A DNA stretch of 21,597 nt from contig MEZH01000004.1 in the NCBI GenBank assembly GCA_001775995.1, positions 1-21,597 on the forward strand. Direction: 5' to 3'. The stretch is from Candidatus Bathyarchaeota archaeon RBG_16_48_13. Its GTDB lineage: Archaea > Thermoproteota > Bathyarchaeia > RBG-16-48-13. The notes under the pieces were generated by a model, which saw nothing but the letters and a program-made list of their open reading frames with translations, was not told the DNA's origin and searched no databases. Position numbers and translations under genes: made by a program. Each line of letters starts with the position of its first letter. Position 1 is the stretch's first letter. Below are positions 13,923 through 21,597 of this stretch, in pieces.

Positions 13923-15794
13923 ATGTTAGGTGGCTACGCGGGAAAGATACTTCACGTTGATTTGAGTAAGAGGATGTTCAAGAAGGAGATATTGGATCCT
14001 AAGTTCGCCCGTGCATTTCTTGGTGGAAGAGGCTTCGGCGCCAAGCTCTTGTTTGATCATTTGGAGCCAGGGGTCGACCCTTTCAGCCCAGATAACGTGC
14101 TGATCTTCGCCACAGGTCCCTTCACCGGAACCAACATGCCCAAAGGCCAACGGTACAGCGTCGTGACCAAATCACCCCTCACCGGCGGGTATGGCGATGG
14201 CGAGGGAGGCGGACACTTCGGACCGGAATTGAAGTTTGCGGGCTACGATGCCTTGATCGTAAAAGGAAAAGCGGACAAACCGGTCTATATCTGGATCGAT
14301 GACGAGACCGCTCGGCTGGAAGATGCAACGCATATATGGGGTAGAGGAGTATTTGAGGCGGACAAGATCATAAAGGATGATAAAGCGGACAAGCTGGTCA
14401 GAGTCGCCGCGGTAGGCCCCGCAGCCGAGAAACTTGTGAGGTTCGCAGCCGTAACAAATGACTTATACCGCCACGCCGCGAGGGGCGGGGGGGGAGCGGT
14501 CATGGGTTCAAAGAACCTGAAGGCGGTGGCAGTTCGAGGGTTCGGGGGAGTGGAGGCCGCAAACACCGATGAGTTCAACAAAGTTGCTGAAGAGGCAATG
14601 AAAAAGACTTACGACAACCCCGGAAGAAAAGGCATGTACGATTGGGGAACCTGGGGGGGTGGCGGAGGATGGGACCTGAAACAATACAACCTCTGGGGTA
14701 TACACCCAACGCGCAACTACAGATCGGGATACTTCGAGAATTACGAAAAGATCTACGGGAAGAACTTCCGCGATAGGCTACTCCTGAAACAAAGGGCATG
14801 CTTTGCTTGCCCCCTGGCATGCGGGAGGCATGCGCTCATCCGGGATGGACCGTACAAGGGCACATTCGTCGAGGGTCCCGAATATGAAACAATAACGATG
14901 TTAGGATCTGATTGCGGAGTCGACAACATAGAGGCCATCGCCAAAGCCCACCAAATGTGTGACGATCTCGGATTCGACGGAATATCAGCAGGAAACGTAG
15001 TCGCATTTGCCATGGAATGCTACGAGAAAGGCCTCATCACGAAAGAACAGACTGGTGGAATAGAGCTGAAGTGGGGAGACCCAGAGGCGCAGATGGCCCT
15101 CCTGAAGAAGATAGCTTACAGAGAGGACATAGGAGACGTACTAGCGGAAGGAGTCAAGATTGCGGCTGAAAAGATTGGCGGAAGCGCACCCGATTTCGCC
15201 ATGCACGTGAAGGGACTACCGCTGCCTGCCTACGAGCCTCGAGGCGCGTTGGGACAAGCGCTGGCATTCGCCATATCGGATTTGGGTGGGTCTCACGACA
15301 GGGCTTGGACATACGGTGAGGAGATAACCAACCCCAAGCTCGACAGGTTCTCCACTGATGCAAAGGCGGAGTTGGTCAAGAACAACATGAGGATGAGGAC
15401 TCTTCCGGACATCTTGGGCTATTGCCGCTTCGTCCTTCTCAGCTATGACGACTACGCCAAGGCGATGGCTGCATTGACGGGGTGGAATATAACAGCAGAA
15501 GAACTGATGACGGTGCCGGACAAGGTCACAACCCTGACGAGGGCCTTCAACGTAAGGGAGGGGTTCGGCAGGAAGGATGACATATTGCCTCCAAGAGCCA
15601 TGAAGGAGCCGGTGGTAGACGGGCCTACAAAGGGCAGGATGGTAACCAAGGAAGAACTGGACAAGATGTTGGATGAATATTATCTGCTGATGGGTTGGGA
15701 CAAGGACGGGATCCCCAAGAGGGAAACCCTAGAGAAGTACGGCATGACAGATGTAGCTGAGAAGCTTACAAGCCGGGGAATATTACTCTCCTAG
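13923..15794 (+). CDS. aor: Aldehyde:ferredoxin oxidoreductase (tungstopterin AOR family)
   Basis: GKILHVDLS, KSPLTG, GPELKFAGYD, GAVMGSKNLKA, 4Fe-4S ligands CFACPLAC plus GYCRF, GPEYET, and DDLGFDGIS. Confidence 0.95.
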   Translation: MLGGYAGKILHVDLSKRMFKKEILDPKFARAFLGGRGFGAKLLFDHLEPGVDPFSPDNVLIFATGPFTGTNMPKGQRYSVVTKSPLTGGYGDGEGGGHFGPELKFAGYDALIVKGKADKPVYIWIDDETARLEDATHIWGRGVFEADKIIKDDKADKLVRVAAVGPAAEKLVRFAAVTNDLYRHAARGGGGAVMGSKNLKAVAVRGFGGVEAANTDEFNKVAEEAMKKTYDNPGRKGMYDWGTWGGGGGWDLKQYNLWGIHPTRNYRSGYFENYEKIYGKNFRDRLLLKQRACFACPLACGRHALIRDGPYKGTFVEGPEYETITMLGSDCGVDNIEAIAKAHQMCDDLGFDGISAGNVVAFAMECYEKGLITKEQTGGIELKWGDPEAQMALLKKIAYREDIGDVLAEGVKIAAEKIGGSAPDFAMHVKGLPLPAYEPRGALGQALAFAISDLGGSHDRAWTYGEEITNPKLDRFSTDAKAELVKNNMRMRTLPDILGYCRFVLLSYDDYAKAMAALTGWNITAEELMTVPDKVTTLTRAFNVREGFGRKDDILPPRAMKEPVVDGPTKGRMVTKEELDKMLDEYYLLMGWDKDGIPKRETLEKYGMTDVAEKLTSRGILLS

Positions 15795-15798
15795 AACC

Positions 15799-15810
15799 TC
15801 TTCCCCTTTT
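15799..15810 (+). terminator. Pyrimidine/T-run after aor
   Basis: CTTCCCCTTTTT a few nt after the aor stop. Confidence 0.4.
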
Positions 15811-15840
15811 TCAGACTTCATTTTGGCGGTTTGACCATAG

Positions 15841-16128
15841 ATGATGAATATCAAGGTCCAATACTATGCCTTGATAAGGGAATTGGTGCAGAAGGAAGAA
15901 GAAGGAGTGGAGCTGGTAGAAGGCTCCTCCCTACGAGATCTATTGGAACAGCTGACAAAAGAGTACGGTGCTGACTTCAGGGATCTATTTTTCGAGAGAG
16001 ACGGTGACGTCGCCCACCGCATATTGATGTTCGCGGATGGCGCAGAGGTCGACCTGGCCAAGGATGGAAACCGGAGATTGAAGAACGGGTCTAATGTCCA
16101 ATTCTTCCAGCCCGTGGGCGGCGGCTGA
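15841..16128 (+). CDS. MoaD/ThiS/SAMP ubiquitin-like sulfur carrier
   Basis: 95 aa, with IKVQYYA at the N-terminus and a C-terminal PVGGG di-glycine. Lies next to a pterin-cofactor enzyme. Confidence 0.9.
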   Translation: MMNIKVQYYALIRELVQKEEEGVELVEGSSLRDLLEQLTKEYGADFRDLFFERDGDVAHRILMFADGAEVDLAKDGNRRLKNGSNVQFFQPVGGG

Positions 16129-16192
16129 AGACGTCTTCGTAGAAGTACCCCGTGCCCAAGAATCTGAAAAATGAACTCAGGCGGGTCCCAAG

Positions 16193-17578
16193 TTGAACTC
16201 ACAGACGATCGGCAATCTGCATAGCATGTTCTATCCTCAAGCCATCGCCATTATAGGGGCTTCTTCAAAACCGGGAAAAATCGGGTACGCCCTCCTCAAG
16301 AATATAGTCGAATACGGTTACGAAGGTAGGGTCTATCCCATCAACCCTGAAAGGGGTGAAATACTTGGACTCGAAACCTATCCGCGCGTCCAAGATGTCC
16401 CTGAGAAAGTTGACCTAGCCATAATATCTGTCCCCGCGCAGGGTGTCCCAGGGGTCATGGATGACTGTGCCAAGAAATGTGTAAGAGGCGCTCTGATAAT
16501 AACGTCAGGTTTCAGCGAAGTGGGCGAAGAAGGCAGAAAACTTGAGAACCAAGTCCTGGAGATCGCTAGAAGAGGCAACGTCAGGGTAATAGGCCCCAAC
16601 ATGATGGGAATAGTGAACACCGCAGGTAAGTTGAACGCGTTGTTTGTCCTTCCAAAGGCGATTCCCGGGGAGATCGCCTTTATTTCTCAGAGCGGAGCCA
16701 TGGGGAATGCAATACTGAGCCTCGGCTCGAAACTGCGCATAGGCTTCAGCAAGTTCGTGAGCATTGGAAATATGGCGGACATCGATTTCTCCGATCTTCT
16801 GGAATACCTAGAGAACGACAACGACACAAGAGTCATCGCCATGTACATTGAAGGACTTAGAGACGCCAGGAGGTTCTTGAGAGTCGCCGAGAGGGTCACA
16901 CGAACGAAGCCCGTGATAGTCATCAAGGCTGGAAGGTCAAAGGCCGGTGCTAGGGCCATAACTTCCCACACGGGTTATTTGGCGGGATCGGACAGGATCT
17001 ACGATGCAGCATTCAGACAAGCCCGAGTCTTCCGAACAAACAGCATCGAAGAGCTCTTCGACGTTGCCAAGGCGATGGCATATCAAGGCGGACTCGCCGG
17101 GCGGAGAGTAGCCATAGTCACAAACTCAGGCGGGCCGGGAATCATGGCATCAGATGCTTGCGAGGACCAAGGCCTGACAGTCTCCGAATTGGATCAAGTC
17201 ACCGTAAACAGGTTGAGAGAAGGACTGCCACGGATATGCAGCACCAAGAACCCCGTGGATTTGGTCGCCAACGCAGATCCCGAAAGATACAGATTCGCCA
17301 TCGAAACCGTTGCAGGAGACCCTCAGGTTGATGGTGTCTTAGTTATATTGACCCCTCCTGACGCAATAATCCCGAGGGGCAGCACGACCATAGCGCAGGA
17401 GATAGTGTCCCTGACAAGGGTTCTGAAAAAACCCTTAGTCACGTCATGGATGGGTGGCGTCGAAGTTGAAGAAGGGATCATGGTCTTGGAAGAGCACAGG
17501 ATCCCGAACTTCCCCACGCCAGAAAGAGCTGTTAGGGCCATGGCGTTCATGTCCAGATTTCCTTCGAGAAAAAAGTGA
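16193..17578 (+). CDS. acdA: ADP-forming acyl/acetyl-CoA synthetase alpha subunit
   Basis: IAIIGAS CoA-binding fold, GPNMMG, SQSGA, phospho-His motif SHTG, TNSGGPG, and NPVDL. Confidence 0.92.
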   Translation: MNSQTIGNLHSMFYPQAIAIIGASSKPGKIGYALLKNIVEYGYEGRVYPINPERGEILGLETYPRVQDVPEKVDLAIISVPAQGVPGVMDDCAKKCVRGALIITSGFSEVGEEGRKLENQVLEIARRGNVRVIGPNMMGIVNTAGKLNALFVLPKAIPGEIAFISQSGAMGNAILSLGSKLRIGFSKFVSIGNMADIDFSDLLEYLENDNDTRVIAMYIEGLRDARRFLRVAERVTRTKPVIVIKAGRSKAGARAITSHTGYLAGSDRIYDAAFRQARVFRTNSIEELFDVAKAMAYQGGLAGRRVAIVTNSGGPGIMASDACEDQGLTVSELDQVTVNRLREGLPRICSTKNPVDLVANADPERYRFAIETVAGDPQVDGVLVILTPPDAIIPRGSTTIAQEIVSLTRVLKKPLVTSWMGGVEVEEGIMVLEEHRIPNFPTPERAVRAMAFMSRFPSRKK

Positions 17579-17595
17579 TGTGTTGCTAATTGCCT

Positions 17596-18405
17596 CTATT
17601 TGGGATGCAATACGCGTAAAGCCTGTTCGGCGGTAGCTCGTCTGTGGATTATGGAGCCGATGGCTCTTGTGATACTCACAGGATCCGGGTGCTGCCAGAC
17701 GTTTCTTCCGAAGGCCACTCCTCTTCCACCCGCTTTCAGGGAGCCCTCAATCGATTCGAGCATCTTCATTTCATCGCCTGTCTTGGGTCCGCCCAAGATG
17801 ACCACCGGAACGTAGCATTTCTTCACGACTTCCCGAAAGGTCTCAGGAGTGCCAGTGTAGTATGTCTTTATCATGTCAGCCCCGAGCTCTGCCCCAACCC
17901 TAGCAGCTATGCTCACACTCTCTTCCGAGTAGGGATTCTCCGTGACTGGAATCATCTCCGCCAGGAGTGGCATCCCCCAGTCCTCGCAGGATTCAGCCAC
18001 AATATTTAGGTTCTGCAACATCGCAGATTCTCCGGGACAACCTATAAAGGCGGTTACGGCTACTGCGTCAGCGCCCATCTTGATCGCAGATTCAACACTT
18101 CTTGTTATGGTTGAGACATGGTGCTGAAGACCTTCCGGGCCTACAGGGGTGCCAGACCCGCTTATTCGCATTATAAAGGAGATGTCTCCAGCCATCAAAG
18201 AGTGGTTGCTTCTTATCACTCCAGTAGTGGTTAGTAAGGCGTCAGCCCCACCTTTAACAAGCTTCATTATTGTCTCGGCAGGCCTCTCTATGCCCTTCAA
18301 CGGCCCGTCCGCAGAGCCATGATCCATGGCCACTATAAGAGTCCGGTTGGAGCTCTTTCTGAAGATCCTGTTTAATCTAATATCCTTTCCGACGTCTCTG
18401 ACCAA
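17596..18405 (-). CDS. Class I (DhnA/FbaB-type) aldolase, substrate uncertain
   Basis: AMDHG, GADAV, Schiff-base motif AELGADMIKTYYTG, LGGPK, and GRNVWQ. Confidence 0.9.
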   Translation of the reverse strand: MVRDVGKDIRLNRIFRKSSNRTLIVAMDHGSADGPLKGIERPAETIMKLVKGGADALLTTTGVIRSNHSLMAGDISFIMRISGSGTPVGPEGLQHHVSTITRSVESAIKMGADAVAVTAFIGCPGESAMLQNLNIVAESCEDWGMPLLAEMIPVTENPYSEESVSIAARVGAELGADMIKTYYTGTPETFREVVKKCYVPVVILGGPKTGDEMKMLESIEGSLKAGGRGVAFGRNVWQHPDPVSITRAIGSIIHRRATAEQALRVLHPK

Positions 18406-18448
18406 ATGCAGACATCCCTTAATCGTTCAATCTGGTTCGACCAAGTTC

Positions 18449-19963
18449 TTAACCAAATCGGATGCCTTTCATCCTCTGATAGATCTCTTTGTAGGTTGAG
18501 AAGTTCTGGGAATACAGGTCATGGAGGCTTCGATCAGGTTCGAAGACTTCATCAACCTTGAGGACGTTTTCGATGGCTTCCTTTGTGTCCCTGTAATAAT
18601 GAACTGCACAGGACGCCAATATCATTGCCCCAAGCGGGGAGGTCTCTCTGACCTTTAGGGATTTGATGTTCCTTCCCGTAACGTCGGCCTTGGTCTGGAG
18701 CCAGAATCTGCTCTTGGAGCCTCCCCCAGTTGCGCGGACTTCTCTCACACTTATGCCCAAATCCTCGATAGTCTCAATGAGGTCGCGCAGAAGATATGAG
18801 GTGGACTCAAATATCCCCCTGATGGCGTGGCTTTTTGTGTGAGCAAGGGTCAGTCCGGCTATGACACCCCGCGCCTCGGGGTCCCAGATGGGAGATCGCT
18901 CTCCTTGAAAATACGGAAGGAGCATCAGACCGTCTGCCCCAGGTTTGACGTGCGATGCCTCTTCACTCAAGAGTTCGAAGACGTCGCGACCGGTCTCATT
19001 TGCAATTGATGCTTCTTCGCCAGCAAAGCAGTCTTTGAACCAGTTCAGTATGGCCCCGCTGGTTGAGCTGGGTGCCTCTATCAACCACTTGCCTTCGACC
19101 CCATAGCAGTTGGTTATTACCCTCATCTTGCGATCGATGACGGGTTCATCAGCGCAGACTGAAGCTATCGTGGACGTTCCAGTGACATCGTGACATATTC
19201 CTTCCTCGGAGACCCCAGCTCCCAGAGTAGCGCAGATTGCATCTCCACTTCCCACAGTTACCGGTGTATTAATGGGGACGCCCAGGAGTCTGCTTGCCTC
19301 AGCCGAAATATCTCCTGCTATTTCGTTTGGGCTCTTCAGAAGGGGTAACTTCTCAAGCGGTATATCCAGCTCTGCCAACAATTTACTCGACCAATCTTTC
19401 TTCCGAAGATCGAGGAGCATTGAGCCCGAGGCATCACCATGATCGGTAGCAAAGAGCCCAGTTAATCTGAACCTTAGGTAGTCTTTCGGCATCAAGAAGA
19501 TGTGTGTTCGTTTGAAGATTTCAGGTTCGTTTTCTTTGATCCACATGGCTTTGACGGCAAAGAAAGCAGGGTCTATCCTATGGCCGGTAATTTCATACAG
19601 ATACTTGCCGCCCAGATGTTTTCTTAGCCTTTCAGCTTGGCTTACGGCTCTCCTGTCCATCCAGATGATTGAGGGCCTTAAGGGTGAGCCCTTCTTATCA
19701 AGAGGTACGATGCCGCTCATTTGCCCTGTTACACCGATCACTTTAATGGCTGAGGAGTCAATCTTAGAATTTCTGAGGGCCTCCCTCGAAGCTCTTATGC
19801 TGGACGCCCACCACGCCTTCGGATCTTGTTCAACCCAGCCCGCGTGTTGCTGACAAAGGGGGTAGGAGTCATAACCAGATCCAATCATCTCGCCTTTTAT
19901 GCTGAAAACGACGACCTTGCAGCCCGCTGTTCCTAGGTCCAAAGTCAAAATGTGAGGTAGCAA
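18449..19963 (-). CDS. FGGY carbohydrate kinase, xylulokinase-like
   Basis: LDLGT, EQDP, TGQMSG, WMDRR, PKDYL, PYFQGERSPIWDP, GGGSKS and WLQTKAD. The likely start is TTG at 19963 after GAAGGA; an in-frame ATG lies at 19981. Confidence 0.92.
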   Translation of the reverse strand: MLPHILTLDLGTAGCKVVVFSIKGEMIGSGYDSYPLCQQHAGWVEQDPKAWWASSIRASREALRNSKIDSSAIKVIGVTGQMSGIVPLDKKGSPLRPSIIWMDRRAVSQAERLRKHLGGKYLYEITGHRIDPAFFAVKAMWIKENEPEIFKRTHIFLMPKDYLRFRLTGLFATDHGDASGSMLLDLRKKDWSSKLLAELDIPLEKLPLLKSPNEIAGDISAEASRLLGVPINTPVTVGSGDAICATLGAGVSEEGICHDVTGTSTIASVCADEPVIDRKMRVITNCYGVEGKWLIEAPSSTSGAILNWFKDCFAGEEASIANETGRDVFELLSEEASHVKPGADGLMLLPYFQGERSPIWDPEARGVIAGLTLAHTKSHAIRGIFESTSYLLRDLIETIEDLGISVREVRATGGGSKSRFWLQTKADVTGRNIKSLKVRETSPLGAMILASCAVHYYRDTKEAIENVLKVDEVFEPDRSLHDLYSQNFSTYKEIYQRMKGIRFG

Positions 19964-20209
19964 ATGGAATCCTTCAACCATTAATAGTTATAGAGTCGAA
20001 GGTAGAAAAAAATAGCGGTTGATTTCGAGAGAGTATGCACCATAGATTGCTCAAAGCCTTGACCGACATGAAGAACGTAAAGATCATTGGAAAGAGAGAA
20101 ACGTGACGCTTTTCACTGATACGGATAAGAGATGCCTTAGAAAAAGTGCTAGCGTCGGACAAGAGCTCACAAGGAAGTGAAAATTGGTGCCATCGTGCAA
20201 TTGATCGCA

Positions 20210-20446
20210 TCAAGGATGGACGTGGACGCTTCGGTGCGTCGTTTTGTCTGAGATTGGGGCAACCCCATTGTCCACGCCTCGGGAACGCCTAGCTTCTTCG
20301 AGCTGATCGCTGACCATTTCCGAGACCTTCCAACTGATATACCACTCCAAGCCTAGCTCGCTGTCCTTTTCGTATCTCTCTTCGGGCCAATTTTCATTGA
20401 AGAATTGGTAGACCCAATCGGGTAGTCTTATCTTTATCTCCTTCAT
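20210..20446 (-). CDS. Small Trp-rich protein A, ribbon-helix-helix-like N-terminus
   Basis: ATG at 20446 after AGGTGA. A tandem paralog at 20528-20776 supports coding status. The fold is inferred from the EIKIRLPD strand-helix pattern. Confidence 0.75.
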   Translation of the reverse strand: MKEIKIRLPDWVYQFFNENWPEERYEKDSELGLEWYISWKVSEMVSDQLEEARRSRGVDNGVAPISDKTTHRSVHVHP

Positions 20447-20527
20447 CGCCTTCACCTATGGATCATTTTGATGATTTGCAGATAAAAACCTGACTCACTG
20501 AAACGCTAGAAATTGTGCAAGATATCT

Positions 20528-20776
20528 TCATGGCAAAATAGGCCCGCGTCGCCTTTCCCTGAGGATATCTCTTGGCTGTCTGCCACCGGCTGTACCTTTG
20601 CCAGCTCTGGCAAGTGATTCCTTTTGAAGTTTGTTCCCGACCATTTCTGAGATCTTCCAGCTGACGTACCATTCCAAGTTGAACTCCTTGTCCCCGGATC
20701 GTTTGTCTTCGGGCCACTTGTCCGCGAAATATTGGTAAGCCCAATCAGGCAGCTTCAGGGTTACTTCCCGCAACAT
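20528..20776 (-). CDS. Small Trp-rich protein B, paralog of A
   Basis: ATG at 20776 after AGGTGA. Shares LPDWxYQxF, WPE and LEWYxSWKxSEMV with A. Confidence 0.75.
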   Translation of the reverse strand: MLREVTLKLPDWAYQYFADKWPEDKRSGDKEFNLEWYVSWKISEMVGNKLQKESLARAGKGTAGGRQPRDILRERRRGPILP

Positions 20777-20855
20777 TTTCACCTGAAGCTCATGTATGCC
20801 CCAGTCCGATAATAAGTTTTGTCGCAATCACAGGTGCAGCATCGTAACAGAATGC

Positions 20856-21597
20856 CTAACATATTCTTGGGACCGGGTCACCTGCAGGGGGCATTACTAC
20901 TCGATGTCCGCCTATGGACGTTTCCAACACCACCCTGTCAAATTCTCTTGTGGCCTCTCCGATGATCTGGGCATCCTTCCCCGCGGTGGTTTGTCGCAGG
21001 GTTGTCAGAGTCTCTTCAGCCTTCTCTTTTACCACGGCGATGACTATTTTCCCCTCGTTACCGACTTCCAGCGGGTCGATGCCAAGCATTTCGCAGGCAG
21101 CTCTTACGCCTTCCTTGATCGGTATCATCTCCTCGCGTATCAGTATTCCTATTCTGGATTTCTCATTCCATTCGTTGAGTGTGTTGGATAGGCCTCCTCG
21201 GGTTGGATCCTTGATCTTCACCACCCCGCCCACCTTCAGCAGCTGAGTGATGAGCTTGTTCAGTGGCTTCACGTCTGACGTGACTTGACTTTCAAAGCCG
21301 TAGCCTTCCCGGAATGAAAGAATGGAAATGCCATGATCCCCCATAGTCCCTGAGACTATGATCTTGTCACCTTCTGCCACATTCGAATCGAGCAGCCATT
21401 CCGCGTCGAACTTCCGGTACTTCTTGACTTCGGCGAAATTCCCATCCAACTGAGGGCTTCTCTTGCCTACCCCAGACGTGTTTATTACACATCTCTCAAG
21501 CGAACCCTTCTCCATCACCTTAGTGTCCCCGGTTATGATATTGACCCCTGCCTCCCGACAGGTTTCGCCCATGCTCTTCACAATTCTCTCAAACTCT
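20856..21597 (-). CDS. hypE: Hydrogenase maturation carbamoyl dehydratase HypE, 3' part (start lies beyond the window)
   Basis: ITGDTKV, INTSGVG, SGTMGDHG, KDPTRGG, GIDPLEVGNEG and C-terminal PRIC. The frame stays open to the right edge. Confidence 0.96.
   Translation of the reverse strand, partial: EFERIVKSMGETCREAGVNIITGDTKVMEKGSLERCVINTSGVGKRSPQLDGNFAEVKKYRKFDAEWLLDSNVAEGDKIIVSGTMGDHGISILSFREGYGFESQVTSDVKPLNKLITQLLKVGGVVKIKDPTRGGLSNTLNEWNEKSRIGILIREEMIPIKEGVRAACEMLGIDPLEVGNEGKIVIAVVKEKAEETLTTLRQTTAGKDAQIIGEATREFDRVVLETSIGGHRVVMPPAGDPVPRIC

Noticed and set aside
14481-14672. G-runs as a G-quadruplex or phase-variation tract
   Set aside because: Explained by glycine codons (RGGGGA, WGGGGGW), and the frame is intact.
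16171-16201. TGAACTCA direct repeat at the acdA start, with an out-of-frame ATG
   Set aside because: Only 8 bp. The acdA N-terminus looks complete from TTG 16193, and no element boundary is visible.
19974-20213. 79-aa ORF between the kinase and gene A
   Set aside because: No SD, family motif or paralog. It crosses a T7 run (20006-20012) and the kinase promoter region. Short plus-strand frames are equally unconvincing.
1-21597. CRISPR array, tRNA/rRNA, transposase, integrase, selenocysteine or pyrrolysine readthrough
   Set aside because: No regularly spaced repeats, cloverleaf or recombinase motifs. No protein family appears cut by an in-frame stop.

Overview
Gene-dense, anaerobic archaeal DNA: GGTGA/GGAGG Shine-Dalgarno sites, TATA boxes, oligo-T terminators, and AOR, ADP-forming acyl-CoA synthetase, HypE and H4MPT-type enzyme folds. 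A Bathyarchaeia/TACK-like host is an inference only. The left 13 kb holds two paralogous copies of a four-gene ECF-type importer: small 2-TM protein, oversized S-component-like protein, fused double ATPase, and EcfT. Both copies keep the same non-coding signals between the S gene and the ATPase gene. Three enzymes with recognisable folds but altered catalytic motifs sit in or between these modules: an Mch-like cyclohydrolase lacking the Arg183 equivalent, a Mer-like LLM oxidoreductase with DH replaced by DG, and a PyrD/PreA-like flavoenzyme lacking the catalytic Cys loop. An MFS permease, a DUF362 gene and thyX complete this part. The right part has AOR-MoaD-AcdA, a convergent FGGY kinase plus class I aldolase, two tandem Trp-rich ribbon-helix-helix-like paralogs, and the 3' part of hypE. 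The best candidate for an undescribed system is an uptake and conversion island for a pterin, cofactor or other N-heterocycle, built on ECF importers with an extra small membrane subunit. Its substrate cannot be read from sequence. All alignments to reference enzymes were made by eye from remembered motifs. No rRNA, tRNA, CRISPR array or mobile element was seen.
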